This document shows positions 41,085-55,799 of a stretch of 64,000 nucleotides of DNA, one piece after another. This DNA is from Eledone cirrhosa. Taxonomy: Eukaryota. Position 1 is the stretch's first letter; every line of letters begins with the position of its first letter. Under the pieces are notes generated by a model. That model was not told the origin of the DNA, ran no database searches, and saw only the letters and a list, made by a program, of their open reading frames with translations. The stretch lies in assembly GCA_964016885.1 (NCBI GenBank), contig OZ024751.1:24490001-24554000 (forward strand), in the 5' to 3' direction. A program made the position numbers and the translations under genes.

Positions 41085-44000
41085 AGCAACACTATCTAGA
41101 GCTGGTGGTAGTAGTGGTGGTGGTGGTAGTGGTGGTGGTGGTGTTGGTGGTGGTAGTGGTGGTGGTGGTGGTAGTAGTGGTGGTGGTGGTGGTAGTGGTG
41201 GTGGTGGTGGTGGTAGTGGTGGTGGTGGTGGTGGTGGTGGTAGTGGTGGTGGTAGTAGTGGTGGTGGTGGTAGTGGTGGTGGTGGTGGTGGTGGTGGTGG
41301 TGGTGGTGGTGGTGGTGTGGTGGTAGTGGTGGTGGTAGTAGTGGTGGTGGTAGTAGTGGTGGTGGTGGTAGTGGTGGTGGTGGTGGTGGTGGTGGTGGTG
41401 GTGGTGGTGGTAGTCGTGGTAGTAGTGGTGGTGGTGGTAGTGATGGTTGTATTGGTGATGGTGGTGGTCGTGGTGGTGGTAGTAGTGGTGGTGGTGGTCG
41501 TGGTGGTAGTGGTGGTGGTGGTAGTGGTGGTGGTGGTAGTGGTGGTAGTAGTGGTGGTGATGGTTGTAGTGGTGGTGGTGGTTGTAGTGGTGGTTGTGGT
41601 AGTAGTGGTGGTGGTGGTGGTGGTAGTGATGGTTGTAGTGGTGGTGGTGGTAGTAGTGGTGGTGGTAGTGGTGGTGGTGGTGGTAGTAGTGGTGGTGGTG
41701 GTGGTAGTGGTGGTAGTAGTGGTGGTAGTGATGTTTGTAGTGGTGGTGGTGGTGGTAGTAGTGGTGGTGGTAGTAGTGGTGGTGGTGGTGGTGGTGGTGG
41801 TGGTGGTGGTGGTGGTGGTGGTAGTAGTGGTGGTGGTAGTGGTGGTGGTGGTAGCGGTGGTAGTAGTGGTGGTGGTGGTAGTGGTGGTGGTTGTGGTGGT
41901 AGTGATGGTGGTGGTAGCTGTAGTGATGGTGGTGATGGTGGTAGTAGCGGTGGTAGTAGTGGTGGAAGTAGTGGTGGTGATGGTGGTAGTGATGGTTGTA
42001 GTGGTGCTGGTGGTAGTAGTGGTGGTGGTGGTAGTAGTAGTGGTAGTGGTGGTAATGGTGGCAGTAGTTGTAGTGGTAGTAGTGGTGGTAGTAATAGTAG
42101 TGGTAGCTTTAGTGGTGGTAGCGACAATAATATCTAGAGCTGGTGGTGGTAGCTGTAGTGGTGGTAATGATGGTAGTAGTGGTGGTAGTAGTAGTGGTAG
42201 TAGTGGTAGCAACAATATCTAGAGTTGGTGGTAGTAGTGGTGGTGGTAGCTGTAGTGATGGTGGTGATGGTGGTAGCTGCGGTGATAGTAGTGGTAGTGG
42301 TAGTAGCTGTAGTGGTGGTAGTGGTGGTAATGATGGTAGTAGCGGTGGTAGTAGCTGAAGTGGTGGTAATGGTGGTAGTGATGGTAGTAGTGGTCGTAGT
42401 TGTAGTGGTAGTAGTAGTGATGGTAGCGACAATATCTAGAGCTGGTGGTAGTAGTGGTGGTGGCTTCAAAGGTTGCAGTAGCGGTGGTAGTAGTAGTGGT
42501 AGCAACAGTGATGATAGTGGCGGTGGTAGTAGTAGTGGTAGCAACAGTGATGATAGTGGCGGTGGTAGTAGTAGTGGTAGCAACAGTGATGATAGTGGCG
42601 GTGGTAGTAGTAGTGGTAGCAACAGTGATGATAGTGGCGGTGGTAGTAGTAGTGGTAGCAACAGTGATGATAGTGGCGGTGGTAGTAGTAGTGGTAGCAA
42701 CAGTGATGATAGTGGCGGTGGTAGTAGTAGTGGTAGCAACAGTGATGATAGTGGCGGTGGTAGTAGTAGTGGTAGCAACAGTGATGATAGTGGCGGTGGT
42801 AGTAGTAGTGGTAGCAACAGTGATGATAGTGGCGGTGGTAGTAGTAGTGGTAGCAACAGTGATGATAGTGGCGGTGGTAGTAGTAGTGGTAGCAACAGTG
42901 ATGATAGTGGCGGTGGTAGTAGTAGTGGTAGCAACAGTGATGATAGTGGCGGTGGTAGTAGTAGTGGTAGCAACAGTGATGATAGTGGCGGTGGTAGTAG
43001 TAGTGGTAGCAACAGTGATGATAGTGGCGGTGGTAGTAGTAGTGGTAGCAACAGTGATGATAGTGGCGGTGGTAGTAGTAGTGGTAGCAACAGTGATGAT
43101 AGTGGTGGTGGTAGTAGTAGTGGTAGCAACAGTGATGATAGTGGCGGTGGTAGTAGTAGTGGTAGCAACAGTGATGATAGTGGCGGTGGTAGTAGTAGTG
43201 GTAGCAACAGTGATGATAGTGGCGGTGGTAGTAGTAGTGGTAGCAACAGTGATGATAGTGGCGGTAGCAACAATAATATATTGAGCTAGTAGCGGTAGTG
43301 GTAGTAGTAGTGGTGGTGGTAGCAGCAGCGATGGCTATGGTAGTAGCGGTAGTAGTAGCAGTAACAGCAATGATCATAGTAGCGTGAGTAGTAACGGTGG
43401 TGGTAGCGTTAGTAGTAGTGGTGGTAGTAGCGGTAGTAGTAGCGGTGGTGGTAGCGGTAGTAGTTGCGGTGGTGGTAGCGATAGTAGTAGCGGTGGTGGT
43501 AGCGTTAGTAGTGGCGGTAGTGGTAGCGTAGTAGTAGCGGTGGTGGTAGCGGTAGTAGTAGCGGTGGTGGTAGCGGTAGTAGTTGCAGTGGTGGTAGCGG
43601 TAGTAGTAGCGGTGGTGGTAGCGTAAGTAGTGGCGGTAGTGGTAGCGTTACTAGTAGCGGTGGTGGTAGCGTAGTAGTAGCGGTGGTGGTAGCGGTAGTA
43701 GTAGCGGTGGTGGTAGCGGTAGTAGTTGCAGTGGTGGTAGCGATAGTAGTAGCGGTGGTGGTAGCGTTAGTAGTGGCGGTAGTGGTAGCGTTACTAGTAG
43801 CGGTGGTGGTAGCGTAGTAGTAGCGGTGGTGGTAGCGGTAGTAGTAGCGGTGGTAGTAGCGTAGTAGTAGCGGTGGTGGTAGCGGTAGTAGTAGCGGTGG
43901 TGGTAGCGTTAGTAGTGGCGGTGGTAGTAGCGTTAGTAGTGGCGGTAGTGGTAGCAGTAGTAGTAGTAGCGGTGGTGGTAGCGGTAGTAGTAGCGGTGGT

Positions 44001-44324
44001 GGTAGCGTTAGTAGTGGCGGTGGTGGTAGCAGTAGTAGTAGCGGTGTTGGTAGCGGTAGTTGTAGTAGCGGTGATAGTAGCGCTGGTAGTATCGATGGTA
44101 GTGGTGGTGGTGGTAGCATTGTGCCATTGTTAAACACTAGTATAAGCTGTAGCAGCACCACCAGCACCACCAGCAGCACTAACAGCAGCACCAGCATCAC
44201 CACCAGCATTACCAACATCATCAGCACCACCAGCAACACCAGCACCAGCAGCAGCAGCAACACCACCACCTGCAGCACCAGCTCTACCAACTCCACCACC
44301 AGCATCACCAGCACCGCCAGCAGT

Positions 44325-44355
<31 letters not shown>

Positions 44356-45560
44356 GCAAATACAACAATAACAGCGGTAGTAGCAGCACCACCAGCGCGA
44401 GCAGCACTAGTAACAACAACAGCCATAGCAACAACAGCAGCGACAGTAGCAGCACCACCAGTACTACCAGCAGTAACAACAACAGCAACAATAACAGCGA
44501 CAGCAGCAGCACAACAGCACCACCAGTAGTAACAACAACAGCAACAGCAACAGCAGCGACAGTAGCAGCACCACCAGTACTACCAGCAGTAACAACAACA
44601 GCAGTAACAACAACAGCAACAGCAACAACAGCGACAGTAGCAGCACCGCCAGCACTACCAGCAGTAACAACAACAGCAACAGCAACAACAGCGACAGTAG
44701 CAGCACTACCAGCAGTAACAACAACAGCAACAGCAACAACAGAGACAGTAGCAGCACCGCCAGCACTGCAAGCAGTAACAACAACAGCAACAGCAACAAC
44801 GACAGAAGCAGCACCGCCAGTACTACCAGCAGTAACAGCAACAACAACAGCAACAGCAACAACAGCAGCGACAGTAGCAGCACCGCCAGTACTACCAGTA
44901 GTAACAACAACAACAACAACAGCAACAACAACAGCAACAGCAACAACAACAGCGACAGTAGCAGCACGGCCAGTACTACCAGTAGTAACAACAACAGCAA
45001 CAACAGCAAATACAACAATAACAGCGGTAGTAGCAGCACCGCCAGTACTACCAGCAGTAACAACAACAACAACAGCAACAAGAACAGCAACAACAACAAC
45101 AACAACAGCGGCAGTAGCAGCACCGCCAGTACTACCAGTAGTAACAACAACAACAACAACAGCAACAACAACAGCAACAGCAACAACAACAGCGACAGTA
45201 GCAGCACCGCCAGTACTACCAGTAGTAACAACAACAACAACAGCAACAACAACAGCAACAGCAACAACAACAGCGACAGTAGCAGCACCGCCAGTACTAC
45301 CAGTAGTAACAACAACAACAACAGCAACAACAACAGCAACAGCAACAACAACAGCGACAGTAGCAGCACCGCCAGTACTACCAGTAGTAACAACAACAAC
45401 AACAACAGCAACAACAACAGCAACAGCAACAACAACAGCGACAGTAGCAGCACGGCCAGTACTACCAGTAGTAACAGCAACAGCAACAACAGTAGCAGCA
45501 GTAGAAGTAGCAGCAGCAGTAGCACAAGAAGCAGTTACAATGACGATAACAACAACAACA
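41085..45560. repeat. 4.5-kb trinucleotide-derived satellite domain
   Basis: (GGT/AGT)n blocks, a near-perfect 39-bp array at ~42481-43268 (~20 copies), and ~81-bp AAC/AGC units at 44500-45480. Confidence 0.85.
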
Positions 45561-45964
45561 GCAGCAGCACAAGTGGCAGCAGTACATACGCTAATCTCAG
45601 GTGCCAAGAAGTGGCAATTCCACCATATTGTGACGATAGCTGTCAACGCTTTTTACAGAGACGGGTATAGCGTATAGTTTATAGATAGCTTATAGATAAT
45701 TTTAGTAGTGGCGGTAGTGGTAGTGGTGGTAGTGGTTGCAACAGTAGCAGTAGCAGTAGTAATAGCAGAGCAGTGTATCATTATTAATCATATGATGTTG
45801 GAGTGGCATCATCAACAGCGGTAGTTGCAGAAGCAACATAAACAGCAGCTAGTAACAGTCTATGCTGTATTCCACCATATCTCTTAACTGTAGCTCTCAT
45901 TTCTATAGCTTTAACAATATATGTTGCATTAAACTAGCAATTGCAATCCTTATTATTAATATGT

Positions 45965-47205
45965 ATATAGTTATGGCCCAGGACGTGGTACTGAGTTCAA
46001 ATCCCGTCGAGGTTAGCTTTGTCTTCCATCCCTACAGGGTCGATAGAATAAAGTACCAGTAATGCACTGGAGTGGATTTAATAGACTTTCCCTTTTCTCA
46101 AAAGATTGCTGGCCTTGAGTCTAAATCAGAAACAATTATTGATACATAGTTATGGCCCAGAACCAGACTCTGAGTTCAAATCCCACCTAGGTTAGTTTTG
46201 TTGTTTATCCCTCCAAGGGTCGATAACAAAGTACCAGTAAGATTTAATATACTTTCCCCTCCCCCCAAAAAAAATTGCTGACCTTGTACCTAAACTAGAA
46301 ACAATTCATATATAGTTAGGCCCTTTAGGTTCTAAGTTCAAATCCCGCTTTCATCCTACCAGAGGGTCGTTAAAATAAAGTACCAGTAACGCAATGGTGT
46401 CGATTTAATTGACTTTTCACTCCCCCCACCCCCGAAAAAAAATCGCTGACCTTATGCCTAAAGTATAGATAATTATAAATATAGTGTTTTCGCCCTTTAG
46501 GTTCTAAGTTCAAATCACACCTAGGTTAGTTTTGCTGTTGATCTCTTCTAGTGTCGATAAAATAAAATACCAGTAACGCACTGGGGTCGATTTAATTGAC
46601 TTTTCACTCCCCCCACCCCCGAAAAAAAATCGCTGACCTTATGCCTAAAGTATAGATAATTATAAATATAGTGTTTTCGCCCTTTAGGTTCTAAGTTCAA
46701 ATCACACCTAGGTTAGTTTTGCTGTTGATCTCTTCTAGTGTCGATAAAATAAAATACCAGTAACGCACTGGGGTCGATTTAATTGACTTTTCACTCCCTC
46801 AAAACGTTGTTGGTATTGTGACAAAATCAGAAACTATTAACATATAGTTATGGCTTTTTTGGTTCCGAGTTCAAATTCCGCCGAGGTTAACTTCGTCTTT
46901 CATTCTTACTGGGTGGATAAAAAAAGTACCAGTAATAATAAAAATACTGAGGTGCGTTTAATTGACTTTCCCCTGTCCCTTCAAATTGCCGGCCTTGTGC
47001 CAAAGTGGAAACTATTATATGGATTAGCAATATCGCTAGAGGGTCGGACGCCATGCTTTGGCGCATAGAGTTACGGCCCTTGCCATTCTGAGTTCAAATT
47101 CCGCCGAGGTTAACTTTGCCTTTCATCCTTATGGGGTCGATAAAATAAAGTACCAGTAATACACTGGATAATTTGCTGGCCTTGTGCCAAAGTGGAAACT
47201 ATTAT
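45965..47205 (+). repeat. Head-to-tail array of ~7 SINE-derived units
   Basis: Repeated B-box/core/tail, with a near-identical 187-bp period at 46399/46586/46773. Confidence 0.8.
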
Positions 47206-47542
47206 ATAATATTTTACAGCCACATGATTTGAAGTTTATTGCATTTAATAAATAAAAAAAAATATTAAGGGGTATGTTGAAAATATAACATAGGCATTCA
47301 AGTGTTTAAATAAAATTAATATAATTGCTCATTTGAGGAGATGCTATGAAATAACTTATAAAATAAGCATGAGCCCATCATTCTTTATATCAACTTTATC
47401 TTCTCAGAGTTTTGTAAAAGACCGGAAGATTGGCTACGCAAACACGATGTTCAAATAAAGTATTGTTGTTTTCTGTTTTCTCTATAGCCTCGGGTTGATT
47501 AAAGACCTGTCAGTCAGAAATTATCTGGAAACCCGTCATATT

Positions 47543-47585
<43 letters not shown>

Positions 47586-48674
47586 GTATGTGTACATGTG
47601 TATGTGTACATGAGTGTGTGCATGTGTCTGTTTTGGATAGTTGGCCAGCTCGTTGCACGGCTAAACTCCAGCTGCCGTTGGTACTTATTTTCAACTGGAT
47701 GGAGTGAAGCACTTTGTTGAAGAACACTATGTGTCACTCGGTTTGGGAACAAACCAAAAACCCACGGATTTGTGATCGAAATACCAACACTCTAACAACT
47801 AGGCTACGCGCTATCACTTGAGATATTTTAGCCATTACAATCATCCTACACCCTCTCTTTTCTTTTCTGGAGGAGGGGTGCTCAAGAACCATCATATGCC
47901 ACTATGGTACTACTTCAAAGCAGCTATATATTTTATTGTGTATAAAACATCAACTGGGGAAGTTCATCCAATGGATATGTTATCATATGTTAGATGTTTA
48001 TATGTTAAACACAAATTATAGTGACGTGACCTGGCAATAAAACAGCTCTGTAGTTCTACCATACCAAAACTGCAGTGAAGTGACCAATCCCTAAAGATAT
48101 GGAATGGGCAGCTTGTTTTAGATAGATTTTTACTGGCAGATCAATACAATTGGCGTTGTTCATGTATTAATATGAAGATCAGAGGTCAACTTCGCCTTTC
48201 ATCCTTTCGAGGTCGATAAGATATATACCAGTCTAGTACTGGAATCTATTTTTCATCTATATCTGTTTTTCCTCTCTCTATCACACATGAACTACCACCA
48301 TCACTACCACCAGCGCTACTACAACCGCTACCACCACCGCTACTACTAGCGCTTCCCCGGCCCCCTCACTCTTTCTTTCTCTCTCACTCTCTCCTTCTCT
48401 GGAAGAAATCTTTTGTATTCAGACCTAGAAAAGGGATGCTCAAGAAACACCGTATGTCATTATGGTACTATTTAAAAGAAGTTATATAGCTTATATACTT
48501 TTTGTGTATAAACATCAGCTGATGAAGCTCATACAGGACGGACTTCTTCACAGTTTCCGTCTACGAAATTTTAAATTTCTCTCACAGAACATTGGGCAAC
48601 CAGAAACAATAGTAGAAGACATTTGGCCTCGCAATATTAGGGCGATTAAAAATGGTGTTTGCATATGTGAGGGT

Positions 48675-48705
<31 letters not shown>

Positions 48706-49046
48706 TGTGTGTGTGTGTGTGTGTATGTGTGTGTATGTGTGTGTGTGTGTGCGTGTGTGTGTGCGCGTGTGACGCTTTGGAAGTGATTCATTAAAAGTTT
48801 GTTTTACGATCTACTTCAACAATGAGGATGGCCAAGAAGAAGAAGCATTGGAATAGACTGTGTCAGTCATTGGGTGTACGCTATGTTATTTTAAAGATAT
48901 GTCTGTTGTGTGTTTGGTTTTGATACCTGGACTCTTATCAGCCTTAACAAGCAACAGCCATGTCCCAGAGCTTAGTATACAACTTATTGTCACATAGGTG
49001 ATCTCACGTTTAGGATATGTCTTCGTACTGGCCAACATATATATAT

Positions 49047-49338
49047 ATATCAATGATATTAATAAATGGAAACTATATTTATAAATCCATATTTATTTTA
49101 TTATATATATATTTCAAGGGTACCAAAATTTTGGTACGCACTCAGCAGTTAAATACAAAATTTGTTTTATGAACCTGAACCGATAAGGTCTGTTTTCTTG
49201 GGTATGCCACCATTTATAAAACAAATTTTGTATTTTATGTGATGAGAGCGTACCAAAATGTTGGTACCCTTGAAATATATATAATAAAATAAATATGGTT
49301 TTATAAATATAGTTTCCATTTATTAATATCATTGATAT
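49047..49338. mobile_element. Family E fold-back insert (older, cores mutated)
   Basis: Arms at ~49047-49170/49215-49338. Cores read GTGATGA (+) and CTGCTGA (-), with the GAAATATATATA palindrome. Confidence 0.75.
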
Positions 49339-49601
49339 TATATACCAGAAAATCTGTAGAGTGCTTCGAATCAGTTAAATAAATTTGCTGAATAACCAAC
49401 AAATTAAATATCTATAATATATATAAAGATAGAGATTTATATGGATACTTCTTCGGTCATTGTACAAGGGGATCTATTTTATAAAATTTACACATGTTTC
49501 ATTAATATGTTAGGTAATGCATCTAATAATGTTAGGAAATCGCTAATCCCCATAATATCAAATCCTTAAACTTGAGTAACGATGACTAGTATATATATAT
49601 A

Positions 49602-49719
<118 letters not shown>

Positions 49720-49962
49720 ATTTGAAGTTTTTCCAAATTGAAGGATGAGTATTTAAACTTTATTTTATTCAGAGTTAAGGCTCTATTGATTTTTCCCTGG
49801 ATTTCACAAAATTCTGTGGATAAATCTGTCTTGTTTTTTTTTTATTGAGTTTGAATTATTTTCCCACATCTTACGTTAATTATTTTTCCATTTTGACGTT
49901 ATAGTCACTTATATATTATGAAATACTGTTGGCTTCACGCTCACAATAATTTCTATACTTTC

Positions 49963-50034
<72 letters not shown>

Positions 50035-50564
50035 GATATGTCATTACAAGAGCAGAGGTCCGACGAGCTTTTGATTCCAGAGTCGGGCCAGATCGATACA
50101 GATCGAACCTTGAGCTGATCAATAGTGAAACGCGCGTCACCAATCAATAAACGTAATGAATGCTTAACAAATCGTCCTTGTATTATTATTATTATTAATT
50201 ATTATTATTATATATATATATACACACTTACTCGTGTATGAGGATATATTCTATCTTTGTTAGAACTGACTAGAAAGTCGGAAATGACGTGTTGTTTGCA
50301 TCTTTATGTTCGACACATATTTTTTAGTTATTGATAATTTTTATCTTATATTTTATAAATTTGTTGTTTATTTTTCGTTTTGTTTTGTTATTTTTTTGTG
50401 TATGTGGCAAAGCATTGATCTTGTACATCTAAAATAAGACCTTCCGTTTCTAAGTTTATACCGAGGTCTTTTCAACTATTGCTGATTTCAAAATGGCTAA
50501 CTTCCTCTTTGTTCATTCTTGCATGATACTAAGCATGAAGAAGTTTTCTCTCTCTTTATATATA

Positions 50565-50640
50565 CAGGGTGTCCCAGAAAATGTATACAGACTTCGACAG
50601 AATTTTAATCAATGTGTGTATACATTTTTCGAGGACACTG
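50565..50640. mobile_element. Tiny Tc1/mariner-like MITE remnant
   Basis: TA|CAGGGTGTCCCAGAAAATGTATAC...GTATACATTTTTCGAGGACACTG|TA, i.e. imperfect TIRs with TA flanks. Confidence 0.55.
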
Positions 50641-50788
50641 TATATTTTTTCTTTAACATTATTAGATTTCGGTTATTCTTGACATTTTAGGATTACTTCA
50701 CTTTTTTTAAATACATCGTTCTCTTGGGTTATCTGTATATAAATATTTTTCACCAAGAGTAATTAATGTATATTTTGCTCTTTATTGT

Positions 50789-50914
<126 letters not shown>

Positions 50915-51271
50915 TTTTTATCACCAACGTTCCAGCCTCCTCTTACTCCTCACCTGGCACTTTCCTGACGAAGGAGTAACGTACGATATACTGAGACATA
51001 ATTTCTTCCCACAAGCATAAAACTAATAAGAATTTGTGCTATTCTTCTGCGTGTCTTTTTCTAATCTTGATATATATACATATATATGTGTGTGCGCGTG
51101 TGTGTGTGTGTGTAAGCGCCGAGTTCAATCGGGGGTAACCACGGTTAGTGAGACACTCAATACATTAGTAGAGTGTAAACATTATGTTTAATATGGATTC
51201 TACAGTTTCATTCGAAGGAAATCATCAGGTAAACTTTCCTGGTGATTTCCTTGGAAGCCATTTCTATATTA

Positions 51272-51316
<45 letters not shown>

Positions 51317-51319
<3 letters not shown>

Positions 51320-51498
51320 AAAATGTTTGACCCCGACGGCAGAGCTCAAGCCGTCTCGACGGCTATTTCTGCCGTCGAAACGGCTTGAGCTCTGCCGTCG
51401 GGGTCAAACATTTTCCTATTACCCACTCTACTACCCTAAGTATTGAGTACGTTGGTGCGTTATGGTCCATCTGGTTCCCTACCACACCTCCTTCGTTA
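51317..51498 (+). mobile_element. Family C insert with fold-back 5' end
   Basis: Palindrome 51317-51418, with copy-specific variants mirrored in both arms. Confidence 0.75.
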
Positions 51499-52004
51499 TA
51501 TATATATATAGAGAGAGAGAGGTGGATGTAACATGGCCGAATAGTTAGTAAGTTCACTCTACAATCATAACGCCCTGAATTCGATCTCATGGCTTGGCGT
51601 TTTGATCAAAAGTCATTTACCATCAGCTTGGACCGACCTATAAATGAAAGTGTGTGTGTGTCTTGCTGTTGTTATACTATTCAGCTATTTTTATTTTTTT
51701 ATTTCTATTCTCAACAAATGATGAAGACACTCTGGAGTATGTTAAGGATTCAATAATCACATTGTTATTTGATTTATTCTCTGCCAGCTTAATAATCAAC
51801 TTCATTGATGGCAACTGTTATTGATAAATAATCATTTACCTCTTCAATCACAAGGACATTTTATTTAGACTAAAGGACATGTACACTCACTTACCACATT
51901 GAACTAAACTGGATAATATGTCAGCGTGGACACGTCTTCATAAAAAGAACGTGTGTGTCTATAGCTTTACAGATACACACAGACACGCACAGATACACAG
52001 ATAC

Positions 52005-52039
<35 letters not shown>

Positions 52040-52053
52040 TATATATATATATT

Positions 52054-52110
<57 letters not shown>

Positions 52111-52153
52111 AGAGAAAGAGCGAGAATATAGTAGTGATCTATATACATATATA

Positions 52154-52190
<37 letters not shown>

Positions 52191-52282
52191 AAGAGAGTAT
52201 TGAAGTTTGCTTGAAGCATTGTGGAATAATAAGGTAAATTTCTTTAAGTCGTTTGGAAGCCTCGACAAACAAGATGGGTAAA

Positions 52283-52354
<72 letters not shown>

Positions 52355-52405
52355 TATCTATATGTGTATATATAGATATACACAGTCACACATACGTCCA
52401 TACAA

Positions 52406-52485
<80 letters not shown>

Positions 52486-52741
52486 TTATATCCATCGTAA
52501 CCTTTGTATATTCAAACACCAAGTAAAATATGGAAGGACATAAACGTAATAAAATCTAACGAGCAACGAATATATGTTCCAGGATTTGTTTGAAGTAATT
52601 GACATTTATGGTGAGATAATGTGAACTTTCCGAGTGGAATGTATATTTACCAAGATGCTGGTCAATGGAAATACTGTACTAAAGCTATGGATATAGTTTT
52701 ATTTCCCAAGAATTCCAATAAGGTCTTACAAGGTCTTACAA

Positions 52742-52885
52742 TAATTGTTTCTACTTTGGCACAAGGCCAGCAATTACCTCACTGCATTACTGGTACTTTA
52801 TTTTATCGACCCCATAACGATGAAAGGCTAAGTTAATCTCGGCGGAATTTGAACTCAGAAAGTAAAGGGCCATAACTCTATGCTC
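52742..52885 (-). mobile_element. SINE
   Basis: Reverse tail, core and B-box. Confidence 0.75.
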
Positions 52886-52957
52886 TTTACTTTCTGAGAA
52901 GGATACCCCCATAAAGTTATCAATCTAACTAATATCGCAACCCTAATATTCACACTC

Positions 52958-53036
<79 letters not shown>

Positions 53037-53611
53037 AGAGAGAAAGAGAGAGTGTGTGTGTGTTAGACATTTATGAAGAAGAAGAAGAAGAAGAAGAAGA
53101 AGAAGAAGAAGAAGAAGAAGAAGAAGAAGAAGAAGAAGAAGAAGAAGAAGAAGAAGAAGAAGAAGAAGGTGTGGGGGAGGGGGTTAGAGAGAAAGGGAGA
53201 TTGCAGCTGATACCAAGAAAAACATCGATATCTCTGTTTTCGTAACAGTAACGGCAGCCATATTTTCCAGTCTTTTAGCAACGTGTTCCCTTAATCCGGT
53301 CTAAAGACCAAAGGATTACATTGATTAAGCAATTATTGTCAGCTTAACTCGCTTTTCGGAAGAAATATCTCACATTTAACTATTATTGGACATCATGTTT
53401 TATATTATTATAAGGAATAAAATATAATTTTATTATAACATTTTTCCTTTGTTTTTATTATGACTATTTTACATTATTATAAGAAATAAATCATATGTAT
53501 TATTATTATTTAATTTTATAGTTATCATTTTTATTGTTATCGATATAATGTACTTCATATTAAAAGAGAAATTATATATATATATATACACACATGCATA
53601 TGTGTGTGCAA

Positions 53612-53699
<88 letters not shown>

Positions 53700-53800
53700 G
53701 ATATATATATCGTATATCTACTCCAAAAATTTGTCGAGTGCTTTATGTCGGTTATAAATATATTTACTTGTTGTATCCCAACAACTTTAAATAGAACTTT

Positions 53801-53855
<55 letters not shown>

Positions 53856-54237
53856 ACACATGCAATTGTTTATATATATATATAGCGTTATATTTTTATT
53901 GTTATTGACATAATGTACTTCATATTAGAAGAAATAATATATATGTATATATTAATTTTTTATCCTTATTATTTTTATTGCTATCTATATTTATTATCAT
54001 AAGAAAGACGTATTTATTATTGTTTATTAATTTTTATCGTTGTATTTTATTGTATTCTATATATTATCATAAAAAATAAATTTTATGTGGGATTTGATTT
54101 TATCGCTATCGCTATTATAACTATTGTTATCGATATTACATATTTTATATTATCGGAAGACTGAAATTATCCGCAGTAGTACAAGATAAAGAAACGGTCT
54201 ATTTCTGTAGTTGATATATTCATCTTTCTCCTTCCTC

Positions 54238-54630
54238 AGATTGCTGGCCTTGTGCCTAAATTAGAAACCATTATTATTGGCAGTATCGATAGAGGGTTGG
54301 GCGCCATGCTTTCTAGCATAGTTACGGCCCTTTACGGTCTGAGTTCAAATCCCGCCAAGGTTAACTTTGCCTTTCATCCTTACGGGGTCAATAAAATAAA
54401 GTACCAGTAATGTTGGCCTTGTGCCTAAAGTAGAAACAATTATTATTAAGAGGGGTAACTGAATTAATCTAGCGTTAGACTAAACCATTTTAGCTGATAA
54501 CATTCTGACACGGTTAAACTTGCCTTTCATCCTTCCAGGGTCGATAAAATAAAGTATCAGTCATGTACGAGGATCGCTTTAAACGACGTGCCCATCCCCC
54601 ATAATTAATGGCCCTCTGCCTAAATTAGAA
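54238..54630 (+). mobile_element. SINE cluster
   Basis: Tail fragment, a near-full copy at 54278-54447 ending in ATTATTATT, and a further partial copy. Confidence 0.75.
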
Positions 54631-55004
54631 ATCGATCGGGCTTTAGGCTGCCAGAATTTGGAGATATAATATCGTGTGATTTGTCCTGACTCTTGACACC
54701 ATATATATGGCTGACTGAATATACAGGTGGGTTTTTTTCTGAAAAACGTATTTTTACTCTCTATCTTTCTATTCCATCTTTTCTCATTCTATCTCCTGAT
54801 GAAGAACTAGTATCCGAAACGTAAAGACTATTTTCCTATTATATTAAGCATTAATCTTCATTGTATTCCTTCATTGTATTTTGTTATTTGCTTTGTTGTT
54901 TCCATTTGCTTTTTGCATCATTAAACCTTTTGTATTTTCATTGGTCAATTTTGTTCCCAAACGGACCTGAAATTTTGAATTGTTGTTATTATCAATAAAT
55001 ATAT

Positions 55005-55158
55005 TTCATTATTTCTGAAGACGGCGTATATATGTGTTGGTATGTATATTTAATCTTGATAGTTTGTATAATTTTGTATAATTTTGTACATAGATCTGTT
55101 GAATATGCATGCCAATTCTAACACATATATATCCTAGAAACGATCGTTAAATAATGAA
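55005..55158 (+). ncRNA. Family H hammerhead motif, 10-bp helix I, ~115-nt stem II
   Basis: TTCATTATTT-CTGAAGA-...ATATATGTGTT...AACACATATAT...-GAAA-CGATCG-TT-AAATAATGAA. Confidence 0.75.
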
Positions 55159-55352
55159 CTTTTTTTGTTTAATATAAGGAACTGTTTCATTGTTTTATTC
55201 ATTATTTGTTTAATATTTTATCTTGACTCTGTATACCGTTTATCTTTCACCGAAAGTGATTTTTCATTACATCTCTTCTTTCCATGATATCCGGAATACA
55301 TTGAGTTCTTCATACGGATTGGACACTACCGTAAACTCTTGGTAGATTTATC

Positions 55353-55399
<47 letters not shown>

Positions 55400-55401
<2 letters not shown>

Positions 55402-55530
55402 GATATATTAACAAATGGAAACTAAGTTATAAAACCATATTTATTTCATTATACATATTTCAAGGACACCAAGTCAAATTATGGTGCGCTTTCATCAGAT
55501 AAAATATAATATAGATCAGTTTTATAAATA
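55400..55530 (-). ncRNA. Family E insert with intact HHR motif
   Basis: Minus strand reads ATTTTAT-CTGATGA-AAGcgcaccataatttgacttggtgtcCTT-GAAA-TATGTA-TA-ATGAAAT. Confidence 0.7.
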
Positions 55531-55647
55531 AATATATATATATGAGAGAGATAGGGAGAGATTACACAATGACTTCAGCAGTAATATAGTAAATACATCA
55601 TTGCATTATCATATTACCTCTCAATATATATATATATGTGTGTATGT

Positions 55648-55679
<32 letters not shown>

Positions 55680-55685
55680 GTGTGG

Positions 55686-55799
<114 letters not shown>

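Noticed and set aside
50960-51010. CTGACGA hammerhead-like start
   Set aside because: No GAAA, helix III or helix I partner can be assigned, so it is at best a decayed remnant.
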